Below are positions 19,176-30,105 of a DNA stretch of 64,000 bases, piece by piece (position 1 is the stretch's first letter; each line of letters opens with the position of its first letter). The position numbers and the translations under genes are program-made. The notes under the pieces were generated by a model. That model saw only the letters and a list, made by a program, of their open reading frames with translations, ran no database searches and was not told the origin of the DNA. Source of the DNA: Pseudomonadota bacterium (lineage in GTDB: Bacteria; Pseudomonadota; Gammaproteobacteria; Pseudomonadales; Pseudohongiellaceae). The DNA lies in NCBI GenBank assembly GCA_040386995.1, contig JAZKES010000036.1, positions 18,809-82,808 of the forward strand, written 5' to 3'.

Positions 19176-20753
19176 CTATTCCCATTCAATGGTTGCAGGG
19201 GGCTTGCTGGAGATATCGTAACTCACACGAGAAACCGCGGGGATTTCATTGATGATGCGATTGGAAACAAGCTCAAGCAACTCGTATGGAAGATGCGCCC
19301 AACGTGCTGTCATGAAATCAATTGTTTCCACTGCACGCAATGCAAGCACCCATGCATAACGTCGAGCGTCACCAACAACACCAACTGATTTAACCGGCAG
19401 AAAAACCACAAACGCCTGGCTCACCTTGTGATACCACTCTGCGCGGCGCAATTCCTCGATAAAAATTGCATCGGCCTGACGTAGAACATCGCAGTATTCT
19501 TTTTTGACTTCACCCAGAATTCTGACGCCGAGACCTGGCCCCGGGAACGGATGGCGATACACCATTTCATGCGGCAGACCCAATTCGACACCGATTCTGC
19601 GCACTTCATCCTTGAACAGTTCGCGAAGTGGTTCGACAAGCCCCATCTTCATACGTGCCGGCAAGCCACCCACATTGTGATGCGACTTGATGACATGCGC
19701 ATTACCGTGTTTTGCCGCCGCGGATTCAATTACATCCGGATAGATGGTGCCCTGCGCGAGCCAGTTCACAGTGCCGAGTTTACTGGCCTCCGCTTCAAAG
19801 ACTTCGATAAACGTGCTGCCGATAATTTTACGCTTGGCTTCGGGATCACTCGCGCCACTTAGCTTGCCCAGAAACAATGCTTCTGCGTCCGCGCGAATAA
19901 CCTTGACGCCCATGTGGCGTGCGAAAGTTTCCATCACCTGATCACCTTCGCGTAGACGCAGCAATCCGTTATCAACAAAAACGCAGGTCAGTTGACTGCC
20001 TATGGCTTTGTGCAACAAAGCAGCAACAACAGAAGAATCGACTCCGCCTGATAACCCCAGCAGAACCTGGCCACTTCCGACCTGCTTTCTGATCGTCGCA
20101 ATTGCATCTTCAATAATGTTGGCTGGTGTCCACAGTCGTTCGCAGCCGCATATTTCATGCACGAAACGATCAAGTATCTGCTGTCCCGCTTTGGTGTGAG
20201 TGACTTCTGGATGAAACTGCAGGCCATACATGAGACGGCTTTCGTCTGCCATGGCGGCTATCGGCGCAGTAGGTGTAGCAGCAATCAGCGTAAAGCCCGG
20301 CGGCATAGTGGTGACTTTATCACCGTGACTCATCCAGACATCTTGCAGCGTTTTACCTTCTTCAACAGCAGCATGCTCAAGGTCGTGCAGCAATTTGCTT
20401 GCGCCGATTATCTGCACCCGCGCGAAACCAAATTCTGAATGTGCGGAGCCTTCAACTTTGCCGCCCATCTGCTCGGCCATCGTTTGCATGCCATAACAGA
20501 TACCGAGTATTGGTAGTCCGCTGTGCAGGATGTAGTCGGGAACTCGCGGAGACAAGTCATGGTTTGCGGATTCGGGACTGCCGGAAAAAATAAGCCCCTT
20601 CGGAGCAAAGTTCTGGAAATCAGCCTCCGTCATAGAGTGATGATGAATTTCACAATAAACGCCGGCTTCACGCACACGACGCGCAATCAATTGAGTGTAC
20701 TGCGAGCCAAAATCCAGAATAAGGATTTTTTGCTCGTGAATATTAGGACTCAT
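19176..20753 (-). CDS. guaA: GMP synthase (glutamine-hydrolysing)
   Basis: 525 aa from [29 protein letters not shown]. It ends in PATIEWE. The ORF track start at 20813 is probably too far upstream. Confidence 0.95.
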   Translation of the reverse strand: MSPNIHEQKILILDFGSQYTQLIARRVREAGVYCEIHHHSMTEADFQNFAPKGLIFSGSPESANHDLSPRVPDYILHSGLPILGICYGMQTMAEQMGGKVEGSAHSEFGFARVQIIGASKLLHDLEHAAVEEGKTLQDVWMSHGDKVTTMPPGFTLIAATPTAPIAAMADESRLMYGLQFHPEVTHTKAGQQILDRFVHEICGCERLWTPANIIEDAIATIRKQVGSGQVLLGLSGGVDSSVVAALLHKAIGSQLTCVFVDNGLLRLREGDQVMETFARHMGVKVIRADAEALFLGKLSGASDPEAKRKIIGSTFIEVFEAEASKLGTVNWLAQGTIYPDVIESAAAKHGNAHVIKSHHNVGGLPARMKMGLVEPLRELFKDEVRRIGVELGLPHEMVYRHPFPGPGLGVRILGEVKKEYCDVLRQADAIFIEELRRAEWYHKVSQAFVVFLPVKSVGVVGDARRYAWVLALRAVETIDFMTARWAHLPYELLELVSNRIINEIPAVSRVSYDISSKPPATIEWE

Positions 20754-20828
20754 GTGGATTTCCGAAACTGATGAATAGCTTGCGGCAGGAAGTTGGAGAA
20801 AAAAACTCTCCAACTCCGGCAGTCTTAA

Positions 20829-22310
20829 TTAACCGATGCGGTAGTTGGGTGCTTCCTTGGTGATGCTGACATCGTGCACGTGACTTTCGCTAACACCCGC
20901 AGACGTGATGCGCACAAATTGTGGCTTGACGCGCATATCTTCAATTGTGCCGCAGCCAGTCAGACCCATGCTGGAGCGCACACCGCCAGTCAGCTGGAAG
21001 ATGATCGCCGACATCGGGCCTTTGTACGGCACGCGGCCTTCAATACCTTCAGGAACCAGTTTTGCAGCACCACTATCGAGAGACTGAAAATAGCGATCGC
21101 TCGAACCGTGGGCTTTGGACATAGCACCAAGCGAGCCCATACCACGATATGCCTTGTAGCTGCGACCTTGATATAACTCGACATCACCAGGAGCTTCTTC
21201 TGTACCAGCCAGCAAACTGCCAATCATCACGGCATTGGCACCAGCGGCGATAGCCTTTGCAATGTCCCCGGAAAAACGAATACCACCGTCAGAGATAATC
21301 GTGATGTCGGTATCTTTTAGCGCTTCGGCAACATTACTTACTGCGGTAATTTGCGGCACGCCAACACCTGTCACGATGCGAGTTGTGCAAATGGAACCAG
21401 GACCGATGCCGACTTTCACAGCGTCAACTCCGGCTTCAACCAGGGCAAGCGCCCCTTCCGCAGTTGCTACGTTACCGCCGATCAGGGAAAGCTTGGGAAA
21501 GGCCTCTTTGATCTGTTTGATGCGATTGATCACTTCCTGCGAATGACCATGCGATGTATCGACAACCACTACGTCAACACCCGCCTGCACAAGTGCGCGC
21601 ACGCGATCTTCTGTTTCCTTGCCGGTGCCAACTGCGGCACCTACGCGCAGCTGTCCTTTCGCATCCTTACACGCATTTGGATGATCTTCTGCCTTGCGAA
21701 TGTCTTTAAGGGTTACGAGACCTTTCAGTTCAAATTTCGCATTAACCACGAGTACTTTTTCGATACGGTGTTTGTGCATCAGCACTTTCACCTGATCGAG
21801 ACTCGCGCCCTCACGGACTGTCACCAGACGCGTTTTTGGCGTCATGATTTTATCGATGGTCGCATCCATGTTTGTTTCGAAGCGCACATCACGTGATGTA
21901 ACTATTCCTACCAGCTCACGTTTCCCGCGTTTGACTTTAACTACAGGTAAACCGGATATGCGATATTCACGGGTAAGTTCAAGCAGTTTGCGCACTGTCG
22001 TATCAGGCGTGATACAGATCGGATCTGTGACAACACCACTTTCGTATTTCTTCACAGCACGAACTTCGCGCGCTTGCTCCTCGATACTCATGTTCTTGTG
22101 AATGATACCCATGCCACCTTCCTGCGCCATGGCGATCGCAAGCCGGGATTCCGTGACGGTATCCATGGCGGAAGAAATGAGCGGAATATTCAAAGTGATT
22201 GAGCGAGTGAGGCGGGTTTTTAAATCGACCTTGTTGGGCAGCACCAATGAATGGGCAGGTACAAGGAGAACATCGTCAAATGTGAGGGCTTCTTCAACTA
22301 CACGCAGCAT
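20829..22310 (-). CDS. guaB: IMP dehydrogenase
   Basis: 493 aa with a CBS subdomain and the catalytic loop [11 protein letters not shown]. Confidence 0.95.
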   Translation of the reverse strand: MLRVVEEALTFDDVLLVPAHSLVLPNKVDLKTRLTRSITLNIPLISSAMDTVTESRLAIAMAQEGGMGIIHKNMSIEEQAREVRAVKKYESGVVTDPICITPDTTVRKLLELTREYRISGLPVVKVKRGKRELVGIVTSRDVRFETNMDATIDKIMTPKTRLVTVREGASLDQVKVLMHKHRIEKVLVVNAKFELKGLVTLKDIRKAEDHPNACKDAKGQLRVGAAVGTGKETEDRVRALVQAGVDVVVVDTSHGHSQEVINRIKQIKEAFPKLSLIGGNVATAEGALALVEAGVDAVKVGIGPGSICTTRIVTGVGVPQITAVSNVAEALKDTDITIISDGGIRFSGDIAKAIAAGANAVMIGSLLAGTEEAPGDVELYQGRSYKAYRGMGSLGAMSKAHGSSDRYFQSLDSGAAKLVPEGIEGRVPYKGPMSAIIFQLTGGVRSSMGLTGCGTIEDMRVKPQFVRITSAGVSESHVHDVSITKEAPNYRIG

Positions 22311-22411
22311 AAGGATTACCTGAAACTTGCTAGACCCTTGTTTCGGGAAATCGGCGCATTATAGACCAGCAGAGGGCATCGGGGAAATAGTAATCTAGAC
22401 CATCGAAGCGC

Positions 22412-23839
22412 TTGGTGAATGGGGTTAACCACCCTTATCATGTTTCGGTGAATGTAATTTATCCCACCAGCAATACTCCTGCACCAAGCGTCCTTTCTGT
22501 CAGTCAGTTAAATCGGCTGGCACGCTCTCTGCTGGAAGAAAATTTTCCGGCGGTTCTCGTCGAAGGTGAAATTTCCAATCTTTCCGTTCCCGCTTCAGGG
22601 CACTGGTATCTGACGCTCAAGGACCAGAACGCCCAGGTACGTTGCGCGATGTTCCGCAACCGCAACATGTTGCTACGCATGCGGCCAAAAGATGGTATGC
22701 AGGTATTGGTCAAGGCACGGCTGAGTTTGTACGAGGGTCGAGGTGACTATCAGTTACTGCTCGAACATATGGAAGAGACCGGCGCAGGAGCGCTCCGCCG
22801 TAACTTCGAAATATTGAAAGCTCGCTTGCAGCATGAAGGATTATTTGCACCGGAAAAGAAAAAACAGATTCCGGCCCTGCCCCTGCATATCGCAGTGATC
22901 ACCTCTCCTACAGGCGCCGCCATTCTTGACATCATCAGCGTGATGAAACGACGCTTTCCTGCGGCAGTTATTACCATTATTCCCGTACCAGTCCAGGGCG
23001 TAACCGCGGCGGGTGAAATCATCAAAGCACTGGAGCTTGTGAATGCCCGGGCCGGCTGCCTGGCTGACGTTGAAGTTATATTGCTCAGCCGCGGCGGCGG
23101 ATCACTGGAAGATTTATGGAGCTTCAATGACGAAGGACTCGCGCGCGCAATTTTTGCTTCTCTACTGCCCGTAGTGAGTGCTGTTGGGCACGACAGTGAT
23201 TTCACCATCGCCGATTTCGTAGCGGATATTCGTGCAGCCACACCTTCAGCCGCAGCCGAGTTGTTGACTCAGCACCAGGATGAATGGCGCCAACTTCTTC
23301 AACGGCAGGAAATGCGTCTATCCACACACATACAAGCAAGACTGCAGGACCTGCAGAAACAACTGAATACGCTGCGCAAACAACTGACTCATCCAGGACG
23401 CAGGTTGCAGGAACAGGCACAACGTCTTGATGAAATGGAAATGCGCAGTCGGCGCGCCATACGTGTGCACCTTCAGACCATCAAGCAGAATATCGCGTTG
23501 CTCAATGCACGTTTGGTGAACAATAGTCCTCGCAACAAGCTGCAGCAGAAACAACAACTATTGCGACATTTGCAGCAGCGCCTCGGAGCGACAATTGCAG
23601 GCAATCTGCAACGTCTCCGCATGCAGATCAGGGAACAGAGCCGTGCGCTGCAAACAGTAAGTCCATTGGCAACTCTCGCGCGAGGTTACACGATAACGAC
23701 CTCAGAGAAAGGAACAGTTATCACAAGTTACGAGCAAGTCGGGCCTGGTGCTACAATTCGCAGTCGTTTGGCCAATGGCGAAATAGTCAGCAAGGTGCTG
23801 GAAATCAGGCCGGGCAACGCTGACCGAGAAGATGTTTGA
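22412..23839 (+). CDS. xseA: Exodeoxyribonuclease VII large subunit
   Basis: An OB-fold N-terminus (LSVSQLNRLARSLLEENFP..VEGEISN) is followed by a long C-terminal coiled coil. The exact start is uncertain. Confidence 0.85.
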   Translation: MVNGVNHPYHVSVNVIYPTSNTPAPSVLSVSQLNRLARSLLEENFPAVLVEGEISNLSVPASGHWYLTLKDQNAQVRCAMFRNRNMLLRMRPKDGMQVLVKARLSLYEGRGDYQLLLEHMEETGAGALRRNFEILKARLQHEGLFAPEKKKQIPALPLHIAVITSPTGAAILDIISVMKRRFPAAVITIIPVPVQGVTAAGEIIKALELVNARAGCLADVEVILLSRGGGSLEDLWSFNDEGLARAIFASLLPVVSAVGHDSDFTIADFVADIRAATPSAAAELLTQHQDEWRQLLQRQEMRLSTHIQARLQDLQKQLNTLRKQLTHPGRRLQEQAQRLDEMEMRSRRAIRVHLQTIKQNIALLNARLVNNSPRNKLQQKQQLLRHLQQRLGATIAGNLQRLRMQIREQSRALQTVSPLATLARGYTITTSEKGTVITSYEQVGPGATIRSRLANGEIVSKVLEIRPGNADREDV

Positions 23840-23934
23840 ATGCGCCGTTTATTCACTCGCGTGATTAATAAATTCGCCTTCTTGATCATCCCTTAATAAA
23901 TTCTTCTTAATATACAAATCAGGATGAAAACTAC

Positions 23935-24555
23935 TTGAGCACTAGCAACATACAAACTGTCCGTGGCGTTAAACTTTTCAGCAAAAAGCACAAAATCCTG
24001 CAGAAGCTACTCGCAAAGTCAGACTCTCCCGAAATTCACGGTGACAAAGTCTGGTTCTCCAGTTATTTCATTATGGATTATCTTCAAGCCAATCCCCCAG
24101 TTCCTAAAAGCAGGATCATGGAAGTTGGTAGTGGCTGGGGTGTGTTAAGTATTTTCTGCGCGCAGAATTACGATTCAAAAGTCACCGCAGTGGATGCAGA
24201 CAAGAATGTATTTCCATTCCTGGATGCACATGCCGAATTAAACATGGTGAAAATCAAGTCCAAAGTATGTCGCTATGAAAAGCTTAAACCTGAGCTGCTG
24301 GCCAAGCAGGACATGATTCTTGGTGGCGACATCTGTTTCTGGGATGAACTTGTTGAGCCACTTTACGAGTTGATCCAGACTGCGCTGGAACAAGGCGTAA
24401 AACGTATTGTTATCGCAGATCCTGGCCGTCCACCGTTTTTAACCTTGGCGAAGCGCTGCAAAAAGTTGCATAAAGCGAAACTTAAATCGGTATCGATATC
24501 TTCACCCCGTGCACATACGGGTTATCTTTTAGTCATTAACAACGAACATGCCTGA
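23935..24555 (+). CDS. Class I SAM-dependent methyltransferase (small, unknown substrate)
   Basis: Motif I is EVGSGWGVLS and a post-I acidic residue is present. TTG start. It overlaps the ppk1 start by 8 nt. Confidence 0.55.
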   Translation: MSTSNIQTVRGVKLFSKKHKILQKLLAKSDSPEIHGDKVWFSSYFIMDYLQANPPVPKSRIMEVGSGWGVLSIFCAQNYDSKVTAVDADKNVFPFLDAHAELNMVKIKSKVCRYEKLKPELLAKQDMILGGDICFWDELVEPLYELIQTALEQGVKRIVIADPGRPPFLTLAKRCKKLHKAKLKSVSISSPRAHTGYLLVINNEHA

Positions 24556-26626
24556 CTTGAGCTCTATCAACCTGCAACACCCTGAATATTATCTGAACCG
24601 TGAACTCAGCCTTCTCGAGTTCAACCGTCGCGTGTTGGCGCAGGCGAAAGATAAAACCATTCCTGTACTTGAACGCCTGTTTTACCTTTCGATTGCAAGC
24701 TCGAACCTTGATGAGTTTTTCGAAATCAGGGTCGCTGGAATCAAACAGCAGGTTGCCTATGGCACTGCCCAACGTGGTCCTGACAATATGTCTCCGTCAG
24801 AACAATTAACACGTATCAGTGAAGTTGCGCATAAACTTGTCAGGGATCAGTACCGGGTTTTGAATGAACAAATGCTGCCTGATCTTGCAGCAGCTGGAAT
24901 TCATTTTCTGTTGAGCAAACACTGGAGCGCAAAGCAGAGCGAGTGGATCAAAAAGTATTTCAATCGCGAACTGCTGCCAGTGCTTAGTCCAGTTGGTCTC
25001 GATCCCGCGCATCCCTTTCCACAAGTACTGAACAAGAGCCTCAACTTTATAATTTCGCTGGAAGGCAAGGATGCATTTGGTCGTAATTCAGGCATCGCGA
25101 TCGTGCAAGCGCCGAGAGCCCTGCCCCGACTGATACAACTTCCTCAGTCATGTGCCACACATGAACATGACTTCGTCTATCTCTCATCCATTATCTATCG
25201 TCATGCTGGCGATCTGTTCCCTGGCATGAAGGTTACCGGTTGTTATCAGTTCCGCGTTACCCGCAATGCCGACCTGACAGTTCAGGAAGAAGATGCTGGC
25301 GATCTTCTGATGGTTATAGAAGGCAAGCTGCCAACGAGACGTTTTGCGAGCGCGGTTCGCCTCGAAGTGCAGGAGGAATGTCCTCAGGAAATGATTGATT
25401 TCCTGTTGCAGAAATTCAATCTGCAGCACTCCGACGTTTATCAGGTTGATGGACCGGTTAACATGCATCGCATGCTCGCCATCCAGAGTATGGTCAACCG
25501 CCCAGACCTGCATTTCCCGCCATTTATTCCCGCATTGCACAACAAGGTAAATCGGTCTTCCGATATCTTTGAAGCGATCCGAAAAGGCGACATCCTGTTG
25601 CATCATCCTTTCCAGTCATTTGCCCCTGTTGTTGATTTTCTGGAACAGGCGGCAAATGATCCGGACGTGCTTGTTATCAAACAGACGTTATACCGCACGG
25701 GTAATGATTCGAGCATTATCGACGCGCTGGTCAACGCGGCGCTCGCTGGCAAGGAAGTGACCGTTGTAGTCGAGTTACGAGCGCGTTTTGATGAAGAGGA
25801 AAACATAGAAGTAGCCAACGAGTTGCAGGCAGCAGGTGCGCATGTATCGTACGGCGTCGTTGGTCACAAGACTCACGCGAAAATGATTCTGATTGTAAGG
25901 CGCGAAGGCAAACAGCTTAAACGTTATGTACACCTAGGCACGGGCAACTATCACGCTGGCACCGCCAAGCTTTATACCGATTATGGTTTGTTCTCCAGTG
26001 ATACCGCTCTTACTGATGATGTACAAAAAGTATTCCAGCAACTTACTGCGATGGGCAAGCCAGGCAAACTGAAGAAAATTCTGCAGGCGCCGTTCACGCT
26101 TCACAAAGCAATGATCGACATGATCAATCGCGAAATAACCTTCGCACGTGAAGGTAAACCTGCACGCATCATTGCTAAAATGAACGCACTCGTAGAGCCC
26201 ACCATCATTGAAGCGCTCTATCGCGCTTCGCAGGCTGGCGTTAAAGTGGATTTGATCGTACGAGGCATTTGTTCACTTCGTCCAGGCATCAAGGGCGTAT
26301 CGGAAAACATCCATGTGCGGTCCATCATTGGCCGTTTCCTCGAACATTCACGTCTCTATTATTTCCATAACAATGGTGACTTTCAGCTCTATTGTTCAAG
26401 CGCTGACTGGATGGACAGGAATTTTTTCAGGCGTGTCGAAACCTGCTTCCCGATCGAAGACAAACGTATGATGCGCAAGGTGCTCGAGGAAGGTTTGCTG
26501 AATTATTTGAGTGACAATACGCAGAGCTGGATGTTGTGCAGCGATGGTTCGTACAAACAAAACACCGCAGGAAACAACAAGGTCCGCATAGCGCAGGCAA
26601 CCTTGATCGAACAATATTCTTCTTGA
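24548..26626 (+). CDS. ppk1: Polyphosphate kinase 1
   Basis: 692 aa. N-terminal YLNRELSLLEFNRRVL, two PLD-like HKD regions, and the autophosphorylation region HLGTGNYH. Confidence 0.95.
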   Translation: MPDLSSINLQHPEYYLNRELSLLEFNRRVLAQAKDKTIPVLERLFYLSIASSNLDEFFEIRVAGIKQQVAYGTAQRGPDNMSPSEQLTRISEVAHKLVRDQYRVLNEQMLPDLAAAGIHFLLSKHWSAKQSEWIKKYFNRELLPVLSPVGLDPAHPFPQVLNKSLNFIISLEGKDAFGRNSGIAIVQAPRALPRLIQLPQSCATHEHDFVYLSSIIYRHAGDLFPGMKVTGCYQFRVTRNADLTVQEEDAGDLLMVIEGKLPTRRFASAVRLEVQEECPQEMIDFLLQKFNLQHSDVYQVDGPVNMHRMLAIQSMVNRPDLHFPPFIPALHNKVNRSSDIFEAIRKGDILLHHPFQSFAPVVDFLEQAANDPDVLVIKQTLYRTGNDSSIIDALVNAALAGKEVTVVVELRARFDEEENIEVANELQAAGAHVSYGVVGHKTHAKMILIVRREGKQLKRYVHLGTGNYHAGTAKLYTDYGLFSSDTALTDDVQKVFQQLTAMGKPGKLKKILQAPFTLHKAMIDMINREITFAREGKPARIIAKMNALVEPTIIEALYRASQAGVKVDLIVRGICSLRPGIKGVSENIHVRSIIGRFLEHSRLYYFHNNGDFQLYCSSADWMDRNFFRRVETCFPIEDKRMMRKVLEEGLLNYLSDNTQSWMLCSDGSYKQNTAGNNKVRIAQATLIEQYSS

Positions 26627-26660
26627 TGAAATGTTTGGCGCACGATTTACCGGCGCCTGA

Positions 26661-27377
26661 TCAGAGCTGTGAAACCAGCTGCGCAAACCTTAACAGCAGT
26701 TTACCCGCAACCGGTGTCGCTTCGACGTTCGCCCGCAGCTCAACAACATCCAATCCCTCGTCAAGCAAGACCTGTTCTCGTTCGGAAAGATAAAACTGGA
26801 TGATGTCTGCAGCAAATTCCGGATGAAACTGCACGCCCCACACAGTCTTTCCAAATCGTACCGCCTGATGTGAGTCGAAATCATTTTCTGCAAGCACTTC
26901 TGCACCTGTTGGCAAACGCGTCACAGTTTGCCGATGCGTGACATGGACAGGAAATTCGTTTGGCAAATCTGAGAACAGTGGATCGGTTTTTACTGCGGCG
27001 GTAAGTCGTACATCAGTAGTGCCGATCTCTCTGCCATCAGGGTGATAATCCACGGCGCCACCTAATGCGTGGGCGAGCAGTTGATGTCCGTAGCAAATAC
27101 CAAGCACTGGTATTTCCCGCTCGGCTGCGCCTCGCAGGTAGGCGCCGGAGTATTCGCTCCATACAAGCCGGTCGGTTACCATCGCAGCAGAGCCGGTAAT
27201 GAGGATAGCGGAAATGTGTTCGGGTGCTGGTAACTGTTCTCCGGCCACCACATCGCAAACCTGAAAACTTGTCTCGGGCAATTGCATCCCCGCCATGATC
27301 CAGTCTTCAAAATCACCGCGTTCGCGCGGAATACTTTTTAGCGTACTGCCGGCTTTGATGATCAGGATAGGCTTCAT
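26661..27377 (-). CDS. Type-1 glutamine amidotransferase domain protein (GuaA-GATase-like, stand-alone)
   Basis: Catalytic GICYGHQLLA and FHPEF motifs. Its ATG overlaps the der stop (ATGA). Confidence 0.7.
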   Translation of the reverse strand: MKPILIIKAGSTLKSIPRERGDFEDWIMAGMQLPETSFQVCDVVAGEQLPAPEHISAILITGSAAMVTDRLVWSEYSGAYLRGAAEREIPVLGICYGHQLLAHALGGAVDYHPDGREIGTTDVRLTAAVKTDPLFSDLPNEFPVHVTHRQTVTRLPTGAEVLAENDFDSHQAVRFGKTVWGVQFHPEFAADIIQFYLSEREQVLLDEGLDVVELRANVEATPVAGKLLLRFAQLVSQL

Positions 27378-28789
27378 TTACTACGGGATTGGCGCAGGTA
27401 CGCCCGATTTTTCAGTATACGACGCTTGCGCGCCACCTGCTGGTAGTTGAGGTCTGCTTCATTCTTCGTGAAGGGGTTGTCATCGTTACGCAATTGAATG
27501 CGAATCGGCGTGCCTTCCAGTTTGAGCAGCTTGCGAAAATTCTTCTCAAGGTAACGCACGTAACTGTCCGGCAGTTCATCGGTCTGCTTGCCGTGTATTA
27601 CGAAAATTGGTGGGTTATGGCCCCCCACATGCGCGTAACGCAATTTGATACGTCGACCGTGTATAAGAGGCGGTTGATGGGAGTTCTGGATACGCTCAAG
27701 CATCTGGTTCAGACGCGGAGTGCTGATTGTCCTGAAGGCAGACTCATAAGCCGTTGTAACTGAATCAAACAGATTGCCAACACCGGTGCCATGCAGCGCG
27801 GAAATAAAATGAATGCGCGCAAAATCCACAAATACGAAACGGCGCAGAATCGCCTGCTTGATCTGGCCGCGCGCATATTCGTCCATGCCATCCCATTTGT
27901 TGATAGCAATAACCAGTGCGCGACCGGTTTCGAGGACATATCCAAGCAAATGCAGATCCTGTTCAACAATGCCTTCACGAGCATCCAGCATCAACACCAC
28001 GACATGAGCATCCTGAATCGCCTGCAGTGATTTGACGACGGAGAATTTTTCCACCGTCTCGGTCGTTTTGCCGCGTTTCCTGATACCGGCCGTATCGATG
28101 AGCGTGAAGTTCTGGCCACGTCGTTCAAATGGAATATAAATACTGTCGCGAGTTGTACCAGGTTGATCGTAAACCACGACTCGTTCTTCACCGAGCATGC
28201 GATTAACAAGTGTGGATTTGCCGACGTTAGGTCTGCCAGCCACTGCCATGCGAATACTGTTGGGTGCTTCGTCAGGAACAACAACGGGTTGGCCCGCAAG
28301 TGGAAATTGTTCCATTGCGCTATCGAGCAGTTTCAGAATGCCACGGCCCTGACTCGCAGCAATCGCATGAATATCCTTGAAACCAAGCCCGTAGAAATCA
28401 CTTAGAACCTGATCCTGGTCCAGACCATCAACCTTGTTCACAACAAGCATGACGGGTTTCTGAGTGCGTCGCAGATGGCTCACTATGAACTGGTCACCAG
28501 GCGTTACACCGTCGCGTGCATCCACAAGGAGCATGACAAGATCGGCTTCTTCGATCGCCTGCAACGATTGACCAACCATGACGGATTCGAGCCCTTCCTC
28601 GCCACCATTAATGCCACCGGTATCAATGACGATAAAGCGATTGTCGCCATGTTTGCCTTCACCATAGAGACGATCACGGGTTAGGCCGGCAAAATCTGCA
28701 ACCAGCGCATCACGGCTGTTCGTTAAGCGATTAAATAGCGTCGATTTACCAACATTGGGGCGCCCGACAAGGGCTAGAACGGGAATCAT
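27374..28789 (-). CDS. der: Ribosome-biogenesis GTPase Der (EngA)
   Basis: Two tandem GTPase domains (GRPNVGKSTLFN twice-type P-loops) plus a KH-like C-terminus. Confidence 0.95.
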   Translation of the reverse strand: MIPVLALVGRPNVGKSTLFNRLTNSRDALVADFAGLTRDRLYGEGKHGDNRFIVIDTGGINGGEEGLESVMVGQSLQAIEEADLVMLLVDARDGVTPGDQFIVSHLRRTQKPVMLVVNKVDGLDQDQVLSDFYGLGFKDIHAIAASQGRGILKLLDSAMEQFPLAGQPVVVPDEAPNSIRMAVAGRPNVGKSTLVNRMLGEERVVVYDQPGTTRDSIYIPFERRGQNFTLIDTAGIRKRGKTTETVEKFSVVKSLQAIQDAHVVVLMLDAREGIVEQDLHLLGYVLETGRALVIAINKWDGMDEYARGQIKQAILRRFVFVDFARIHFISALHGTGVGNLFDSVTTAYESAFRTISTPRLNQMLERIQNSHQPPLIHGRRIKLRYAHVGGHNPPIFVIHGKQTDELPDSYVRYLEKNFRKLLKLEGTPIRIQLRNDDNPFTKNEADLNYQQVARKRRILKNRAYLRQSRSK

Positions 28790-28858
28790 TTATATTTCCG
28801 GTATGACCTGAAGTTTTACGGACGGCGTCCGCTCAAGCTTCAGGCAGTTTATTGAATG

Positions 28859-28954
28859 CTTTACTGAGTTTTTTACTGAATTCTTTCGTGAACTTTTAGT
28901 GAGCTCTTTACCTGGATCTTCACCTGGCTCTTCACGTGACTTTACTGAATTCTC
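28859..28954. repeat. Decayed 12-bp periodic array, about 8 units, in the bamB-der spacer
   Basis: Units: ctttactgagtt, ttttactgaatt, ctttcgtgaact, tttagtgagctc, tttacctggatc, ttcacctggctc, ttcacgtgactt, tactgaattctc. The 13-mer tttactgaattct occurs twice (28872-28884 and 28940-28952). The last unit overlaps the bamB stop codon. Confidence 0.7.
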
Positions 28955-30105
28955 AACGCGACCAGGTTGCCCGAGTTGCTGAATACATAAAGTATGTTGC
29001 CTTGGCTCAACATTCGACTGCGAACACCGCCACCAACTTTGCCGCGGCCAACAAAACGACCGTCGGATTGCGCAAGCAGATGTATGTAACCGTCGTCATC
29101 ACCTACTGCCACATAATTGCTGAAACCCAGTGGTGGACTTAGTTTACGTAGAAGCAGTTGGTCATTTTCCCACACAGCAGTTTCCTGTGCGGTACGAAAC
29201 GCTCGCACAATATCCCGCTCGTTTACCACGTAGATATTGCCGAATCCAAAACTTGCACCAACTTCACTTGATTCTTCGACGCGCCATCGGCTCTGACCCG
29301 TCACCACATCAATCGCCGCGAGGTAACCCTGATAACTTGGTACCAACACCGCGCCCTGATCGTTGACCACGAGTTCGCCATCGATATCAACGAGACGATC
29401 AATTTCAGAACGGCCGGTCGGCACAGCAACGCGTTCTTCCCAACGCAAGGTACCGTTATCAAGCGCAATGGAAACCACTGAACCATTAGCGAATGCTGCA
29501 ATTACAAATGCATCAACTATCAGCGGCGAACTGTCGCCGCGTAATGAGAGCGCTGGTACGGAGCTTTCATATATCCAGAGTTCTGAGCCGTTTTCCGCGT
29601 CGAGACCAGTCAACTTGCCATCGATGCTTTGCGTAACAACGACACGACCGTTGGTTACGGGAGCTGACAACACTTCGCTGGTTACCTGTGCTTCCCACAG
29701 AATCTCACCATCAGCCATGTTCAGTGCGATAACTTCCGAGTTATCTGTACCAACCAGCACAAGGCCATCACTCGCGCCAACGCCGCCAGTAATATCGAAA
29801 TCAAGGCGTGTGCGCCAAACTACGTCGCCGTCTTCACGATTAACCGCAACCACAACGCCGTTGTTGCCAGCTGCATAAATGATATTGCCAGCCATTACCG
29901 GGTGTAAGCGATTAAATTTATCGCCTTGTCCCGAGCCGACATTCACACTCCATAGGCGATCGAATTCTACTTCTTCATCGAAATCGACCAACTCATTTGG
30001 CTCTTCTTTCTTGCTTGATTTAAGAAAATCAAACATGCCGCATGAGGTCAACAGCAGACAGCAACCAATCAGTAGAGTTCTTGCTACAACAGTTTTTATA
30101 GCCAT
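28942..30105 (-). CDS. bamB: Outer-membrane protein assembly factor BamB (lipoprotein)
   Basis: Lipobox LLTSCG and PQQ-like beta-propeller repeats. The position between yfgM and der is conserved. Confidence 0.9.
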   Translation of the reverse strand: MAIKTVVARTLLIGCCLLLTSCGMFDFLKSSKKEEPNELVDFDEEVEFDRLWSVNVGSGQGDKFNRLHPVMAGNIIYAAGNNGVVVAVNREDGDVVWRTRLDFDITGGVGASDGLVLVGTDNSEVIALNMADGEILWEAQVTSEVLSAPVTNGRVVVTQSIDGKLTGLDAENGSELWIYESSVPALSLRGDSSPLIVDAFVIAAFANGSVVSIALDNGTLRWEERVAVPTGRSEIDRLVDIDGELVVNDQGAVLVPSYQGYLAAIDVVTGQSRWRVEESSEVGASFGFGNIYVVNERDIVRAFRTAQETAVWENDQLLLRKLSPPLGFSNYVAVGDDDGYIHLLAQSDGRFVGRGKVGGGVRSRMLSQGNILYVFSNSGNLVALRIQ

